Source: a virus
DNA: 6,156 nucleotides
Virus record (IMG/VR): IMGVR_UViG_3300045988_001497
Span: 1 to 6,156 of that record
Direction: 5' to 3' (one strand)
The notes under the pieces were generated by a model. It was not told where the DNA came from. It saw only the letters and a program-made list of their open reading frames with translations, and searched no databases. A program made the translations under genes and the position numbers. Positions 3,793 through 6,156 of the stretch are shown piece by piece (position 1 is the stretch's first letter; each line of letters opens with the position of its first letter).

Positions 3793-4914
3793 TTACCGGC
3801 CGTCATAGATCGTAGTATTACGGGGACCATAACCAGGGCGGAAAGAACCAACAAAATTACCAGCACCGGATGCAAGAGAACCAAGACCACGGGAAACAGA
3901 CTCCCAATAATAAGCACGGGATTGTCTACGAGACAATTCAGCACCATATTCAGCAGCCTTCTGATTTGCCATAGAAGTCTTATATTCCGCATGTTTACGT
4001 AACTTAACATTCTTATAATCATACGTACTATCACGATACTGTAATTCATAAGAAGCATTAGCAGCCTTAATTAAAGAATCAGCAGTTTCAGACGCTAAAC
4101 GATTCTCAATATTCTTACCGGAAGCCTCGGCAGAAACAAGAATAGCACGCTGGATTTCAGTCTGAATCTGTTTTTCCGTAAGGGCTCCTTGATTCTGAAG
4201 ATTAACTAAAGTCTGAGCCTTAATAAATAAATCAGCCTGTTGGTTCTGATCCATATATTTATTTATAACACGCTGTGCATCAGAATTAAGCAAAATCTGA
4301 GTTTCCTGTGCAGCAGAAATACGTTCAGCGAACTGGGCGTTCTTTAATTCTTGAGCTTCCATAGACTGATCTAGAGCAGCAGAAATACGTCCTGTTGTTG
4401 GAGTCCAATAGCCGGAAGCACCAACTGCCAAATTTTTCCAACTAGTAAGACCTCTATAATAATCCTGCAAAATAGGAGTCAATGAATTAGTCTGATTAGT
4501 ACGAGCGTCGGACTCACGAGCAGAAGCTTCTGAAGATTTAGCTTGAGCTAGAGAAGCAAGAGACTGGAACACACCCGAAAAATTAGGTTTATAAGCCTGC
4601 ATGCTAGGAACAGGTGCAGCAGTAGCAGAAGCTCCACCGGAAGCGGGAGACCTAGAACCGGCCATAGCAGCAGAACCTTGAACAAATGGATTCAAACCTC
4701 GAGAAATCATTGCATCGGGAGAATTGTAAGCATTATTCATACCCCACATTTGTTGCTGCCAATCACGTTGAATCTGAGCCTGTTCAGCGTTAAATGCGTT
4801 CTGTTCACGCATCAGACGAAGATTAACCTTATTCTGATGATTCTGATTAACCATACCGACAATATTGTCAGTAAGGTTAGCAGCTGAGGAAGCTATAGCA
4901 TCAAACAAACCCAT
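3793..4914 (-). CDS. VP2: Minor capsid / DNA pilot protein VP2 (phiX H-like), 373 aa
   Basis: The N-terminus is MGLFDAIASSAANL...NLRLMREQNAFNAEQAQIQRDWQQQMWGMNNAYNSPDAMISRGLNPFV. It carries the pilot-protein signature of gokusho-type microviruses (QxxFNxxEAQKxRDWQxxM...NAYNSPxAxMxRxxxAGLNP). The central region is Ala/Ser/Gln-rich and predicted helical. The position after VP3 fits. The ATG 4914-4912 overlaps the upstream stop (TAATG). Confidence 0.85.
   Translation of the reverse strand: MGLFDAIASSAANLTDNIVGMVNQNHQNKVNLRLMREQNAFNAEQAQIQRDWQQQMWGMNNAYNSPDAMISRGLNPFVQGSAAMAGSRSPASGGASATAAPVPSMQAYKPNFSGVFQSLASLAQAKSSEASARESDARTNQTNSLTPILQDYYRGLTSWKNLAVGASGYWTPTTGRISAALDQSMEAQELKNAQFAERISAAQETQILLNSDAQRVINKYMDQNQQADLFIKAQTLVNLQNQGALTEKQIQTEIQRAILVSAEASGKNIENRLASETADSLIKAANASYELQYRDSTYDYKNVKLRKHAEYKTSMANQKAAEYGAELSRRQSRAYYWESVSRGLGSLASGAGNFVGSFRPGYGPRNTTIYDGR
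4310..4390. repeat. Exact 15-nt direct repeat GCAGCAGAAATACGT (4310-4324 and 4376-4390) inside VP2
   Basis: The two copies are 66 nt (22 codons) apart. They encode RISAAQ and RISAAL in ...GRISAALDQSMEAQELKNAQFAERISAAQ.... Confidence 0.9.
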
Positions 4915-5354
4915 TATTCAGAAGGAGCAGACGCGGAATCCGAAGACGGCACTGCCTTATTCTCTGCCAACATAGTCTCTGCAAATTCAGTAAGTTCAGA
5001 CTTCTCACTAGCCAATTGTTGAAGAACAGCCTGTCGTTCCGACATAGTCTGACAATGACGAGAGATAACACAATTAAAACGTTCCTCATCAGTCATACCG
5101 TCCATAACAGTAGACTGAGTAGGATGCATCTGAGCAAGAATATTCTGAACATTCATATCACCAAGCAAACGGCGATATTTTTCTTGGTTAAGAAGAATCT
5201 GCGTCATATCACATTGAAGCAAATCACCGTCAGAAGATTCATCATACATAACAGTATCATAAACAGACTGCTGATAACACGGATGTCCCTCAATCAACTC
5301 GGGAACAACCTCATTCTTAATATAATCGGGATTTATATAAGCAAAATTTCTCAT
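4914..5354 (-). CDS. Putative internal scaffolding protein (VP3-like by size and position), 146 aa
   Basis: Track ORF 4914-5360. I prefer the ATG at 5354-5352 (MRNFAYINPDY...) over the TTG at 5360. It is acidic and about 150 aa. It sits between VP1 and VP2, which is one of the gene orders I recall for gokusho-type genomes, though I cannot confirm that here. The codon bias looks like that of the confirmed genes. I recognise no strong family motif, so only the coding call is firm. Confidence 0.6.
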   Translation of the reverse strand: MRNFAYINPDYIKNEVVPELIEGHPCYQQSVYDTVMYDESSDGDLLQCDMTQILLNQEKYRRLLGDMNVQNILAQMHPTQSTVMDGMTDEERFNCVISRHCQTMSERQAVLQQLASEKSELTEFAETMLAENKAVPSSDSASAPSE

Positions 5355-5365
5355 AATCAATTAAT

Positions 5366-6156
5366 TTAATAAGGTAAACCACTTCTGTCCAAGTTCTGAA
5401 CAGCATATACTTGAAAATTAACATTACACAACAACTGATCAAATGCAACCGAACAATTAGCAGCATCAATCTGAGGAACAAAAATAGAATTCAACTGCTG
5501 AGGACGAACCTTCATTGATTGATAAGACCAAGCACCGGCAGAAGTCAATACCTGCCAACCATCAAGAGGGGCAGCCCATGACTGATAAACAGCGCCAGCA
5601 CGGAATCCGGCATGAACAGTATCAATACTAGATTTCCACTGCCAATAACGGAGGTTATAACCAAGAGCACCGGAAACATTACGTCCGGGATTGTTCTGAA
5701 GGTTGAGAGCAGGAACAGACTGCATACCAAGCTGATCGAATGCGGGCTGCGGAAAGTCAGATATAGCAGTGACAGTCAGCTGAGGGGCCTGTCCTGTCAA
5801 ATTCCAGTCCAACATAGGTACAGCATGATAAACACACATAATCACTTGATGCTCAGCACCGCAATCATAAGTAAGAATGTGGCCGGACTGACTGGATACA
5901 CCTTTACCGGCAATAGAAGCTTGAGAAGAATCGGTATCAAGATTAGTATTAACTACTTCATTGATATTAATAACACTAGACCAGCCTCCAATATAATGAG
6001 CATGATTACCCATATACTCGGGAGCTTTGATACCAAACTGGGCAGCCATTTGGTCTGAATAATCCTTGCTAGAGAACTGTACCACCTCTTTCCAGCGCTG
6101 TAAGTATTCAGTAGCACGAATAGACAATGCAGATAAATCAGAATTAAGAGCAAGAA
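5366..6156 (-). CDS. VP1: Major capsid protein VP1, C-terminal part (unique sequence 5366-6057; 6058-6156 duplicates 1-99)
   Basis: Track ORF 5366-6127 is in frame with 1..1063 across the circular junction (codon 6056-6058, where 6058 equals position 1). The C-terminal sequence is ...GYNLRYWQWKSSIDTVHAGF...FDQLLCNVNFQVYAVQNLDRSGLPY, with a TAA stop at 5368-5366. It is the conserved jelly-roll C-terminal half of the microvirus capsid. Confidence 0.93.
   Translation of the reverse strand, partial: LALNSDLSALSIRATEYLQRWKEVVQFSSKDYSDQMAAQFGIKAPEYMGNHAHYIGGWSSVININEVVNTNLDTDSSQASIAGKGVSSQSGHILTYDCGAEHQVIMCVYHAVPMLDWNLTGQAPQLTVTAISDFPQPAFDQLGMQSVPALNLQNNPGRNVSGALGYNLRYWQWKSSIDTVHAGFRAGAVYQSWAAPLDGWQVLTSAGAWSYQSMKVRPQQLNSIFVPQIDAANCSVAFDQLLCNVNFQVYAVQNLDRSGLPY
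6058..6156. repeat. Terminal redundancy, copy 2 (identical to 1-99)
   Basis: Same comparison as for copy 1. Confidence 0.97.

Noticed and set aside
3768-3795. Possible dif/XerCD-type integration site. TTATGTTA at 3785-3792 resembles the XerD arm of E. coli dif, and TGTATA, the dif central hexamer, occurs nearby.
   Set aside because: The 17 nt upstream (GCGATGGGCTT + TTAGTC) show no XerC-arm-like CATAA half-site and no arm palindromy. The TGTATA copies are not flanked by dif-like arms. An 8-mer match is expected by chance at this sequence length. No integrase is present.
5612-6058. Plus-strand ORFs antisense to the viral genes (5612-6058, 5016-5369, 2252-2497, 2525-2797, 2884-3105, 3748-4002, 4678-4887)
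   Set aside because: Microviridae genes are all encoded on one strand. These ORFs lie fully inside or opposite well-supported genes, have no recognisable motifs, and have Ile/Asn/Lys/Arg/Ser/Thr-rich antisense-type composition.

Overview
The window holds one complete circular ssDNA phage genome of the family Microviridae, of the gokushovirus/alpavirus type rather than phiX-like. It is linearised inside the major capsid gene. Positions 1-99 are identical to 6058-6156, so the unit circle is 6057 nt and the window adds 99 nt of wrap-around. All credible genes lie on the minus strand, which is therefore the mRNA/virion sense and is visibly T-rich at third codon positions. Reading the minus strand round the circle gives this order. 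First is a Bacteroides-type promoter (3427-3397). Then come a 64-aa orphan ORF, a 27-aa single-TM peptide, a 102-aa M15-family zinc peptidase, a 559-aa HUH rolling-circle Rep (VP4) and a 584-aa major capsid protein VP1 that crosses the window edge. After these are a 146-aa VP3-like protein and the 373-aa pilot protein VP2. The circle closes with about 450 nt of non-coding DNA (3346-3792) that is locally GC-rich and packed with hairpins. Genes are tightly packed, with ATGA and TAATG overlaps and a 2-nt gap. No start codon has a Shine-Dalgarno sequence. The points most worth a second look are: (i) the translationally coupled TM-peptide plus M15 peptidase pair, a holin/endolysin-style lysis module in a 6-kb microvirus; (ii) the structured non-coding region, which includes a 68-nt cloverleaf and a GC-clamped hairpin with a GATATAC loop, as candidate origins or terminators; (iii) the oversized Rep, which also contains a 183-codon ATG-initiated ORF in another frame. 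No database search could be run, so all family assignments rest on motifs read from the translations.
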